Translations under genes and position numbers: made by a program
Notes under the pieces: model-generated
Told to the model about the DNA's origin: nothing
Databases searched by the model: none
The model's input: the letters and a program-made list of their open reading frames with translations, nothing else
Shown here: positions 33,579-44,518 of the stretch, piece after piece
Numbering within the stretch: position 1 is the stretch's first letter
Layout: the number at the start of each line of letters is the position of its first letter
Source of the DNA: the human T2T-CHM13v2.0 reference genome, Homo sapiens
DNA: 64,000 nt
NCBI RefSeq assembly: GCF_009914755.1
Contig: NC_060946.1
Direction: 5' to 3' (one strand)

Positions 33579-36500
33579 TTCAAAACATACCTGTTGGCTT
33601 TGCCGTGGGATGTCCCTAAGGTGATCTGGAAGAGGCTCTGCCCTCAAAGAGGTTTCAGTCTGTTGGAGAGGTGAGGAATAGTAGTAGACCACGAGACACA
33701 GCTGAACAGGTTCGACTTTCACCGTATTCCTACCTGACATCACCTCCAGGGTTCAAACCCGGGCTGGGGCAGGCATGGCTCTCAGGTCACAGAGCCCCTC
33801 CTGCTGCTGCACTCATCTCTAGAGACCCCTTCCAGCGGGAGAGGCTCCCCAGAGCTTGGTGCCTGAGTGCCTGTGCCCGAGAGCCTGCTGGTGCCGGCCT
33901 GGCCCAGGCCCTGAGGCAGGAGGCCCTCGATGGTTTGAGAAGGCACTGACCCAGTTTGTTTGAAACGGTTTGCCTTGGCGCTCTTGCCTGGTCCTGGCTG
34001 TTCTGCCCGGTTAAGGACAGAGTGCGAGGAGTCCTGGGAGCTCTCCTCTGTGGCCTGTGTGAGCCATCAGGATTCAATGCAGTGATTAGAATTCCTCATC
34101 TTATCTTCAGATGGGGAGAGATGCCACTGGGAGAAGAATCAGAAATGGAATTTCAGAGGTACTTAGTGACCTCCATAGCTCTTTGTTGACTGTGGTTGGC
34201 AGGGCTAGGAAGGGGTACACGGCTCAGCATACAGTGGCAGTTGGGTTTTAGGCTCTTAACAGGGGTGTGCTCTTTCTGTCTTTCTGCCATGAATGTCATG
34301 TTGGTCAAAGTAGGGCACATTAAGAGGCAGGGGTCATGAGCTGGTGGCAGCAAGCCAGTGGCAGGCTCCTCACAGCCCCTGGCTTTGTTGTGCATTTGGG
34401 TTTGATGAAGACAGGAGGCTTTTCCTTGGACAAACTGGGCCTAGAAGATGCTTCGTGGGCACTGTGGTGGGGCTCAGGGGCGCCGCAGGCAGCTGTACAG
34501 CTCTGGTGGTTTCTGGGAGTCAGCCGTCTTTCCCAGGCGTGCTGCAGCTGCTCAGCTATTTGGGGGGATGTCGTGGGCATCACAGTGGCCTTGTATCTGT
34601 GTAAGCCCTTGCTGGCCTGTCCTTCTCAAAGTGAATGAGGGAAATACAGAAGAAAGGGTGCCTTGAAGCTCTTTGGAGGCTCCCTCCCATCCCAGGGCCT
34701 CCCGGCTTCCCGGCCCGCAGAGAACTTTAGCACCTCCCCTCTTCCAGAACCCCAGGGTGGCGGCTGCTGCTGCGTGTGCCCCCCTGTCTGTGGTCTGGCC
34801 TGTTTCTTCAGCGACACCATTCACATGCTGATCCCTTGGTACACGTTCCCTTGAGGCTGAGCACAAGCTTATGAGACTTACGGAATCTTCCCTCTGTATT
34901 TGGGATCCTGATAACGTTTGTCCGAATCTCAGTGGCGTGAGGTCCTTGTTTTCTCAGGGGTGGACGAATCTGCCTCTGGAGACATCATACTGGGTTGAAG
35001 GCTTGTTCTTGGTTCCAGCTCCACGAGGCCTCTGCCTTTGCTCCACTTCACTCACCTGACTTCTTTCTTGACCCCTTTGACCATCAGTGCCCAGCCTTTT
35101 CCTCACATCAGACTCCTGCTGAATCTATTGACTCCTGTCTCTCTGCTCCTGCTTGAGCCTCCGTCTGAGCTCCGTCCATCTCGCCTTGTGTAAAGTTGGC
35201 TGTTTCCTGGCTGCATCGCGAGCTCCTCTAGGGAGAGCTGCGCTTTGCTCATCTCCCTGTGCGCAGACCCTGCCCGTCCTGGAGTTCCATGTCACTGGCG
35301 TTTTCTGCATCTCTGCCGACTGAGGTCCGTTCCGTTTCTTGCATGAAGAGCCTGGTTTGGGTCCCCTGGCGCTCTTGTGGGACTGGACGACAGTCCATTG
35401 CCTGCACACTGTGACCTCCAATGCTGCTTCTGTTGGGAGCACGATTCCTTTGCAGCCCTTCCTGCTGAGGGGACACTTTGGAGGCCTTTTAAGACCAGGA
35501 GCTTAGCAGGCAGTTGTCTATGGAGAGATGGGGGCCTGAGAGGATGACGGGGCCTTTGCTGAGCATCCGTGTGTGTTTCCAAAGCATTTGCCCCTCTCTG
35601 CCTTCATCCTCGGCTCTGCCTCCCCTCGTCCATCCTTTCATGCTCCATCAGCACCCCAGCCTGGTCATATTTCTCACCTGCTGTGGTGGGGCAGGGGTGA
35701 CAGAGGCACCTCTAGGATCTGAGCAGAACCTTGGGAACGTTGAAAGCAGGCGAGAGGCATGAAGCCGCCTCCTTCAGGATGTTCTACTCAACCGTACCGT
35801 GGAAGGATGGGCGCAGGAAATCTTGAACATTTGAAAAAAATGTCCTTTACGTGAGGGTAGGCCCCACGCCTGGCTCTGTGCCCACGTGGCTGGCCTTGAC
35901 TCTTTCGGGGGCTTCCTCCAGCCTCCAATAGAGGATCAGCGTGAGGGAGTGAGGGCTTCACGTCAGCTGCTGTGAGGGATGACGTGAGATACGGGTGTTC
36001 TTAAAGTGCTGTTTCCCTTAAAATCTGGTTTTTACTTACTTCGCTGAAACTGGTCACCAAAGACACCACATTTGCCTCATTGTACTTGAGAGCGGAACAG
36101 GAACGGAGAAATTAATTAATTCAGTTTTATAGATGAAGAAGGGGAGCCTGAAGAGGTTCATTGTTCAACAGATACTTACTGAGCACTCACTCGAGGCAGG
36201 GCCTCGTCCTCTGGGCCCTGGAGACTCAGCAGTGAGCACGTGGCTGGTCGGAGTGATGGGCACAGAGCTGGGCGCAGGCAGTTTTGGAAAGCACATGAGA
36301 CTCTTTTCTGCCTCAGGGATCACTTTCTCAGCCATGCCGCATGACCTCAGAGGCATTTTGCACCAATGGACACTTCGTGAAAAATTTTTTCCCAGGGTTC
36401 TGTGACATTTTGCCCCGATTTCCCCCGCTGTCTCCGAGTGTCCCCTGTGAGTGGACTCTTTCTCCTTCACACCCATGTGCGTTTCTGGACTTCTTGTTTT

Positions 36501-36649
36501 AAACACGCTCTTCCTTGGTTGGGACTCTGCCTGTCTTTCCGCACCTCTGAGCCTCATTGCCCAGTGTCCGTGTCTTCCGGAGGTGCCTACTGCACTGTCT
36601 TGGGATTTTGCCCTGTCAGAAATGTGTCACGTGTGATAGGAAAATCATG

Positions 36650-36790
36650 GACGTGGTTGAGAGTCAGGCCCCTGAGTTTCCTTTCCTCATTTGTAAAATG
36701 GGGATGGGAACTGCTCTCCAGGATGACAAATTGTCACGTGGAAACCAGTGCACGGCGCAGACACTGCTCCACAGTGTCGACATCCCTTCT
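36650..36790 (+). mobile_element. MIR fragment (followed by probable L2 ~36840-37330)
   Basis: tttcctcatttgtaaaatggggatgg core. Confidence 0.65.
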
Positions 36791-39700
36791 CTCCCTCCCC
36801 TTCCCGTTCCCTGCTCCTCCTCCACTGAACAAGCCACCCCTCTCCACTTCCTGTTTACATCATAGATGGCGCCAATCTCTCCTACCCAGGGTAATGTTTG
36901 GTCATTGTCATTTTGGCCTTTCTTTTTCCCCATATCTAGTTATTGCTGAAGCCCACCCCCACCTGTTCTTGTTGTTTCCGGATGTTCTCGCGCTAATTCC
37001 TTCAGCCTTTCCTTTCTGCCTTTGATGGGTCTGCCCTAGATCAGACCTTTATGATGTCTGCCCAGGCATTGAAGTAGCTTCCCAGCAAGTCTCCTTGCTT
37101 CCCTCTTCCCCCTGCGATGCATTCCAGGTCCTGGCAGGAGGTGAATCACATTGAAACGTGGCTTTGACCTCTGCTTTTACAGCTCCCCGTTGCTTGCAGG
37201 ACAAAGATCACACTCCTGATATTTAATGCCTTTCTTAATCGGACTCCTAATTACGTGTTCATCCTCTGTTTCATCCAGACATAGGAACCTGCTGATCCCC
37301 CGGCTCATTGTTAATCTCTGCCTAATACTTGTGAACAGTAACTATTAAAATATATGATAAAACATAGAATACTCCAATGACACAATAGATGGCAGGGTGT
37401 AGTAGTCATTATAATAGTTAATAATAAGTAACAGCCATTAATATTTTTCTTTGCCTGGACTGTGTCTTTCCACCCATTTTCTATGGGCCCAGTGCTACCA
37501 GGAAGCCTCCTCCACCTGTGCTACCCAAAGCACCTACGGCAGAGCCCTGGACACAGGTTGATCAGAGGCTGAGGTTGCTGGGAAGTGCTGGTTTATCCCT
37601 GCTGTCCTGGGATAATTATTACTTGTGCCCAAGGTGTCTGCTTTGGATGATACACCATATGGTCCCCTTACCTATACATAATACAGAGTGTGAATGGCAA
37701 TCCACTGAAATCTAGCTTACCCAGAGCCCTTCTTTCTTGCCCATCTCACTAGACAGGTGGAGGGTTTTGTATTGTTACTTTTTGTGTTCTGTTTAACAAA
37801 CCTTCCTCAGCACCTCATCTGTGCAGTGATACCACCAGGAGTTAGGAACACGGGGATGTGGGAGGTACAGACCATGAGCTTGTGGTTGGGGTTCAGAGGG
37901 GCCTGGAAAGAGGTACAGCTCTTGCTGGCATGAATGCAGGAAGGGAGTGATTGTGCCACTGTGGGGTGGAAGTGACCTTGTGCAGCCTGGGAGTCAAGGT
38001 GGGATCCATGCCGTCCCTTTCACGGAGTAGCAGTGGGCTGCTGGGTAGAAATCCAGGATTGATGGGGTTCTAGACAGAAGCGCTCTGGGGCACCAGATCC
38101 AGGCTCCCGCAAGATAAAGCAGGCCTGACCGTGCCGTGTGGGTTGTGAGCCAGCCGGGGGGGTTGATGGTCAGTTCTTGACTGTCACAGGGTCTTTCGTT
38201 GCCATCCGAGCCTTTCTTCTATGCTTCTGTGCGTTTTATTTGAAATTATATGTAGGGGACTGTGGGATTATGTTGCTTTGCCTTCGTAATTACATTGCAT
38301 ACTTATCTAAAATTAATTGAGCTTATCATGGACAAGACTCTCTCTAGCCTTTCTGTGTATCCAGCTTCCTGTCTGGTGGATTTCTCAGTCATGTGTGACA
38401 TCTAGGCGTGTGCTCGCTGGCCTCCGGAGCCACAGAAGGAAAGTGGACAGAGGGAGTCCCTCGGCAGTGCTGAGAGGCTGCCCCTTTCCTCTGCATGTCC
38501 CCTGAGGTTTGTTCCGGGGGCTTCTAAAGGGTGACAGGTGTGGGAATGATGAGCCTGGGGTACAGCACGTGCCAGAGAGGTCTTGTGATGCCAGGGCCCT
38601 ACCCGAAGTGTGGATGTGGTGAAAAGCTGTCTTAGGAGCCTCTGCGTGGCTGCCCCATTAATATTTACGTAGCGTAGCATCAGAACGATTATGCTTGCTG
38701 AAGCCAATCTTGTTATTGACTCTACCTGTTAAGAAATGGAGTAACCTGCTGCCAGGTACTGTTACCAGCAAAGGCTGCTAACCTCAGAAGGGGTTTGAGC
38801 TGAGTCCTGCTGTATATGTTTTAATGCTGAAAGTATAAGAGGCTGACTGAGTCCAACTGGAAAGTAAAAATGTGAACTTCAAGCTTCTAATTTGTTGAAA
38901 GGATTTAGATTTTTAACATGAAATAGCAGTAGCCTTTCCTTTAATTAAATGCCATGCAACATTGGCTGCGGGATCAATGATATTGAAGGAAAAAAACAGT
39001 GTAATTAGACCTTGTGAAGTGACTAACAAATGATTAGGGCTCTCTTTCAAGAGTGGGGGTGGGGGCTGGTACCAGACGTGCAGATTAGTTGCAGTTTGCC
39101 TTTCCTTGCTATAGACTTTGAAAGGCCAAAGTTTTCCCTTAAACATTTTGGGTCTGTTTCTTGATTTCCTGTCAGCAACAAATGGATATAGCTCTAATTT
39201 AATCACTTCCGTATTATTAGACATTTAGATCTTTTTTTGATGTATAAATAATGCTGTGATGACATAAATATTTGTTTGCATTTTGGATAATTTCCTTGGG
39301 ACAGATTCCCAGAAATGAAATTACTGGCTCAGAGGGTGCAAGCATTTGAAATGAGGTTGGGATGCGAGCTAGAGGCATCTCTCCCCATGAGGTCTAGTCG
39401 TACAATTGCCTCCAGCCCTATTTCTTGCTTGATGAAGACTGGAGTGTTCCCTGGAATGCCTGTGTCTCCCATGTGTGGGGTGCCCCCATGGAAGGGGTGC
39501 CGTGGTCATCATTGGGTCACAGTGTCTTCCCAAGCAGGTTTGGTTTGCCCTATGCCAACCTCAAGCCCTCACAGTTAAAAACAAAAAACAGAACAACACA
39601 ACCACTTACATCAGTCCTTTGTGTGGATTTCTTGTTAGCGTAACCAGGCCTGGGGTCTCTGGGAGAGCTCTCTTTGCTCTGCTGCCATCTTGCCATCCAA

Positions 39701-39899
39701 GAAGCACTGTCCAGACTGAAATCTCTGCTGCCCCTGGGTGGGGCTGGTCAGCCCTCCTCAGCCCTGACCCAAAAGCTGCACGTCAAAGCCCATCATCGCT
39801 GTAGTCCCGCAGCAGAGGGCCTCTGTTTCTGAGAGCTGCCTTTCTGAGAAGGTAGTTGGGGTTATAAATGTCCTTAAAACATCCTTATTCTAGACTTTT

Positions 39900-40760
39900 T
39901 TTAGACATCTTTACTGAGATGTAATTCACATACCATACAGTTCACCATTTAAAGTGTACAATTCAGTGGTTTTTAGTGTGTTTGCAGAATTGCTTGACTG
40001 TCATCACAGTCAATTTCAGAACAATTTCATCATCTCACAAGGAAATCCTGTACCCATTAGTAGTCGTTCCCCACTCCCCCAATCCTTCCCCCTGCCCCAG
40101 GCAACCAGGAATCTGCTTTCTGTCTCTGTGGATTCATATAAATGGAATCACACAATCTGTGGCCTTTGAAACTGGCTCCCGTTCCCTCGCATGGTGCTGT
40201 CAAGGCTCATCCGGGTTGGAGCACGCCTGCTTCATTCTTTTTTGGCCAAATAAGATTCCATTGAATGGATGTGCTGTGTTTTATTCATCCACTCTTAGTG
40301 AATGGACATATGGGGTGTTTCCACTTTTTGACAGTTATGCAGACTGCTGCTATGGACATTCATGCACACGTTTTTGCAGTCGTGTTTTCCTTTCTCTCGG
40401 GGATATACTGAGGAGTGGCGCTGCTGGCTCACGTGGTAACTCCATGTTGAGCATCGCCAGGAGCTGCCAGACTTTCCTGCAGCTGCCACAGCATTTTACC
40501 TTCCCACCAGCAATGCATGAGGGCTCTGGTCTTCCCACATTTAAACATTGTCACCATCCTTCTGTGATCCCACATTTAAACGTTGTTGCCATCCTCATGT
40601 GAAGGGGTATCTCATTGTGGTTTTGAGCTCCCGGATGGCTCTTAAGTTTGAGAATCGTTTCCCATGCTTATTGGCTGTCTGTATATCTTCTTTGAAGAAA
40701 TGCCTATTCACATCCTTTGCCTATTTTTAATTGGGTTACTCATCTTTTTGTTATTGATAT
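39900..40760 (-). mobile_element. L1MB-type 3' end
   Basis: tttactgagatgtaattcacataccatacagttcaccatttaaagtgtacaattcagtgg ... tttgaagaaatgcctattcacatcctttgcctattttt. Confidence 0.88.
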
Positions 40761-41370
40761 CCAAGACTCTTGACACTCAATACTGTCTTTTTAAGTTGGC
40801 TGCCATGAGGACCGGGCTGGAGGCAGCCGACAGCAGGCAAGCCGCCCTGTGCCGGCAGGCTTTGTTTCTTGTGGCAAACACCCCCCCCAGCTCTGATCCA
40901 TGTGTATCTCACGGATGACCAAGCTGGGCCTTAGAGCTACGTTTCATGTTTATGATGAAGTAGTCGCGGGAACGCATGCCATCCGTGTTCCTGCAGAGGC
41001 GCCTGCAGGCATTTCTGATGCTTCCCCACCGATTGTGGGAGGAGACATCTCTCCTGCAGAAGAGCAGGTGGACCGAGGGGGAGCGCTGAGCGATACGCTG
41101 GCGGGTGTGCTTCGAGCGCTTCTTGGGAGAGGCGGCCTCAACCATTCCAGATGGAAGGGCTAAGGAGAGGGAGGACACCCACCGCTGAGTAGGGTAGAGG
41201 AGTTATTTTCCTAAGAGGATTTGTTTTTCCCTCTATGAATTGGGTGCGTTCACTGTGGCAAATTACTAAAAATAAAAGAATTCTATGTGTGTTGCACATG
41301 AGTGTTAAAACTAGCAAATTCAAACAAAACAAAAATGATGAGAAAAAAAAGTCCCACATGCCCACGCGCA

Positions 41371-43115
41371 GACCAGAATCCTTTTCGATAGAGGTCTGTG
41401 TAGTGCTGTGCCCCTTCCCGGGACCAGAATCCTTTTCGATAGAGGTCCGCGCAGTGCTGTGCCCCTTCCCGGGACCAGAATCCTTTTCGATAGAGGTCCG
41501 CGCAGTGCTGTGCCCCTTCCCGGGACCAGAATCCTTTTCCATAGAGGTCCGCGCAGTGCCGTGCCCCTTCCCGGGACCAGAATCCTTTTTTGATAGAGGT
41601 CCGCGCAGTGCCGTGCCCCTTCCCGGGACCAGAATCCTTTTCCATAGAGGTCCGCGCAGTGCCGTGCCCCTTCCCGGGACCAGAATCCTTTTTTGATAGA
41701 GGTCCGCGCAGTGCCGTGCCCCTTCCCGGGACCAGAATCCTTTTCCATAGAGGTCCGCGCAGTGCCGTGCCCCTTCCCGGGACCAGAATCCTTTTCCATA
41801 GAGGTCCGCGCAGTGCCGTGCCCCTTCCCGGGACCAGAATCCTTTTTTGATAGAGGTCCGCGCAGTGCCGTGCCCCTTCCCGGGACCAGAATCCTTTTCC
41901 ATAGAGGTCCGCGCAGTGCTGTGCCCCTTCCCGGGGCCAGAATCCTTTTCCATAGAGGTCCGCGCAGTGCTGTGCCCCTTCCCGGGACCAGAATCCTTTT
42001 TTGATAGAGGTCCGCGCAGTGCCGTGCCCCTTCCCGGGACCAGAATCCTTTTCCATAGAGGTCCGCGCAGTGCTGTGCCCCTTCCCGGGGCCAGAATCCT
42101 TTTCCATAGAGGTCCGCGCAGTGCTGTGCCCCTTCCCGGGACCAGAATCCTTTTTTGATAGAGGTCCGCGCAGTGCCGTGCCCCTTCCCGGGACCAGAAT
42201 CCTTTTCCATAGAGGTCCGCGCAGTGCTGTGCCCCTTCCCGGGGCCAGAATCCTTTTCCATAGAGGTCCGCGCAGTGCTGTGCCCCTTCCCGGGACCAGA
42301 ATCCTTTTTTGATAGAGGTCCGCGCAGTGCTGTGCCCCTTCCCGGGACCAGAATCCTTTTCCATAGAGGTCCGCGCAGTGCTGTGCCCCTTCCCGGGACC
42401 AGAATCCTTTTCCATAGAGGTCCGCGCAGTGCCGTGCCCCTTCCTGGGACCAGAATCCTTTTCCATAGAGGTCCGCGCAGTGCTGTGCCCCTTCCCGGGA
42501 CCAGAATCCTTTTTTGATAGAGGTCCGCGCAGTGCCGTGCCCCTTCCCGGGACCAGAATCCTTTTCCATAGAGGTCCGCGCAGTGCTGTGCCCCTTCCCG
42601 GGGCCAGAATCCTTTTCCATAGAGGTCCGCGCAGTGCTGTGCCCCTTCCCGGGACCAGAATCCTTTTTTGATAGAGGTCCGCGCAGTGCTGTGCCCCTTC
42701 CCGGGACCAGAATCCTTTTCCATAGAGGTCCGTGCAGTGCTGTGCCCCTTCCCGGGACCAGAATCCTTTTTTGATAGAGGTCCGCGCAGTGCCGTGCCCC
42801 TTCCCGGGACCAGAATCCTTTTCCATAGAGGTCCGCGCAGTGCTGTGCCCCTTCCCGGGGCCAGAATCCTTTTCCATAGAGGTCCGCGCAGTGCTGTGCC
42901 CCTTCCCGGGACCAGAATCCTTTTCCATAGAGGTCCGCGCAGTGCCGTGCCCCTTCCTGGGACCAGAATCCTTTTTTGATAGAGGTCCGCGCAGTGCTGT
43001 GCCCCTTCCCGGGACCAGAATCCTTTTTTGATAGAGGTCCGCGCAGTGCTGTGCCCCTTCCCGGAACCAGAATCCTTTTCGATAGAGGTCTGTGCAGTGC
43101 TGTGCCCCTTCCTGG
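41371..43115. repeat. Minisatellite/VNTR, 34 copies of a 51/52-bp unit, CpG-island-like
   Basis: Unit GACCAGAATCCTTTT(CC/CG/TTG)ATAGAGGTCCGCGCAGTGCYGTGCCCCTTCCCGG; ~61% GC, 3-4 CpG per unit. Confidence 0.98.
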
Positions 43116-43402
43116 CTCTGGCGTGGCCAGCGTCTTCTGGCGACAGGCGTCCTGGAGACTGGCTCTGGGACCACTGAGGAGATCCTGCTGCCAGGCGGGT
43201 CTCCTGGAGCAGTGAGCAGGACAGGTCCTCTCGGGCTCGAGTGTAAATTACACGAGTGTTTCCTGTGGTGTTGAGTGGGGGTTACAGGGTGTGGGACAGA
43301 GGGAGAAGGTGCACATCAGCTTCCACTTCCTTTGGGGGAGGCTCTGCTCATTCTGAGAAGCTCTTTTGGCGAAGGCATATTTGAAAACAGATAATAAATT
43401 AA

Positions 43403-43654
43403 TTTTTTTTTAAGGCAGGGTCTAAGCTCTGTTGCCCTGGTCAATCTTGGCTCACTGTCTCTGCCTCCCGGGTTCAAGCCATTCTCCTATCTCAGCCTCC
43501 CGAGTAGCTGGGACTATGTGTGCACCACTATGCCTGGGGTTAATTTTTTATTTTTTTGTAGAGATGGAGTTTCGCCCTCTTGCCCAGGTTGGTCTCAAAC
43601 TCCTGGGGTCAAGTGATCCACCGTGCCTCGGCTTCCCAAAGTGCTGGGATTATA
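43403..43654 (-). mobile_element. Alu (AluJ-like), diverged and partially deleted
   Basis: ggcagggtct...ttgcccaggttggtctcaaactcctggggtcaagtgatcc...gtgctgggattata. Confidence 0.88.
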
Positions 43655-44365
43655 AACTTAATTTTTAGAATTGTGTTTTATCTCACGTAAAATGACTTAA
43701 CAGTTAATTGTAGGACAGTTTCTAGAATAAAATGTGTCTCTATTTTAATTTTTCATTCCTTTTAAAACATTCATCTTTTCAGGTTTTCAAAATCTAACAA
43801 TGTGGCCAGCGTCTAGCCCAGGTGGCCTCTCTGTGTGTTTTACCAGTGGCTTGCAGGTTTCTGTCCTCTGTGAGCAGCTCAGGTGGCCGGAGACCCCAGG
43901 GGGCCCTCCCCTTTATTCAGAACTTGCAGGATTGTGGGAGTAGATGGCCTGGCTTCTCTTGTGGTTCTTGAATTTGTCTCTGAGGACATTGCATCCTCAG
44001 ATTCTGTCTCTCACTGGGGTGGCCACCTGGGCCAGCGGTGCCCATGTTCTACTGGCCAGAATTGCGCACCTCCCAGGAGGGGGAGGAGGGCGGCTGTTGC
44101 CCTCACTCATGTCCCCCCGCTCAGAACCCATGGGCAAACTCAGAATTGTGTATCCCGGCCGCACTGGGGCTCTGAGCAGTCGTCTTGGCCATGGCTGACA
44201 GTGGGGCAGGAGGTGGGCTTCCTCAGCCCACTCTGCTTCTCTCTGGCTATGATCGGTGTTGACCCAGTTTGACTCTGACTTTTCACCTTGTCCTAAGGAT
44301 CCCATGAGAACATGTCTGTAGAAGGCACAGAGCACAGTCCCTGGCCCTGTTTCTCCCTTCCTGTG

Positions 44366-44518
44366 CTTCCAGGAGGGACTGGGCATGTGGTGTCAGGACA
44401 GTGTACTGGGGCCTCTGTATGGCCTCCCTGGCCTTGTGGCTTCAGGAGGGACTGGACATGTGGTGTCAGGACAGCGTAGTGGGGCCTCTGTATGGCCTCC
44501 CTGGCCTTGTGGCTTCAG
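44366..44518. repeat. 73-bp tandem duplication (2 copies) adjoining a MIR fragment (~44490-44640)
   Basis: catgtggtgtcaggacag...ggggcctctgtatggcctccctggccttgtggcttcag at 44384 and 44457. Confidence 0.93.

Noticed and set aside
36858-36873. CTCF-like cores (ATAGATGGCGCC; also ~41070 and ~6267)
   Set aside because: Only partial matches to the motif; not supportable without a PWM scan or ChIP data.
41371-43115. CRISPR-like array
   Set aside because: Units are head-to-tail with no unique spacers, there are no cas genes, and the context is a primate intron.
41138-43174. 678/467/445-aa ORFs as a novel protein-coding gene
   Set aside because: They are translations of a 51/52-bp tandem repeat, open in all frames, with no domain or splice structure.
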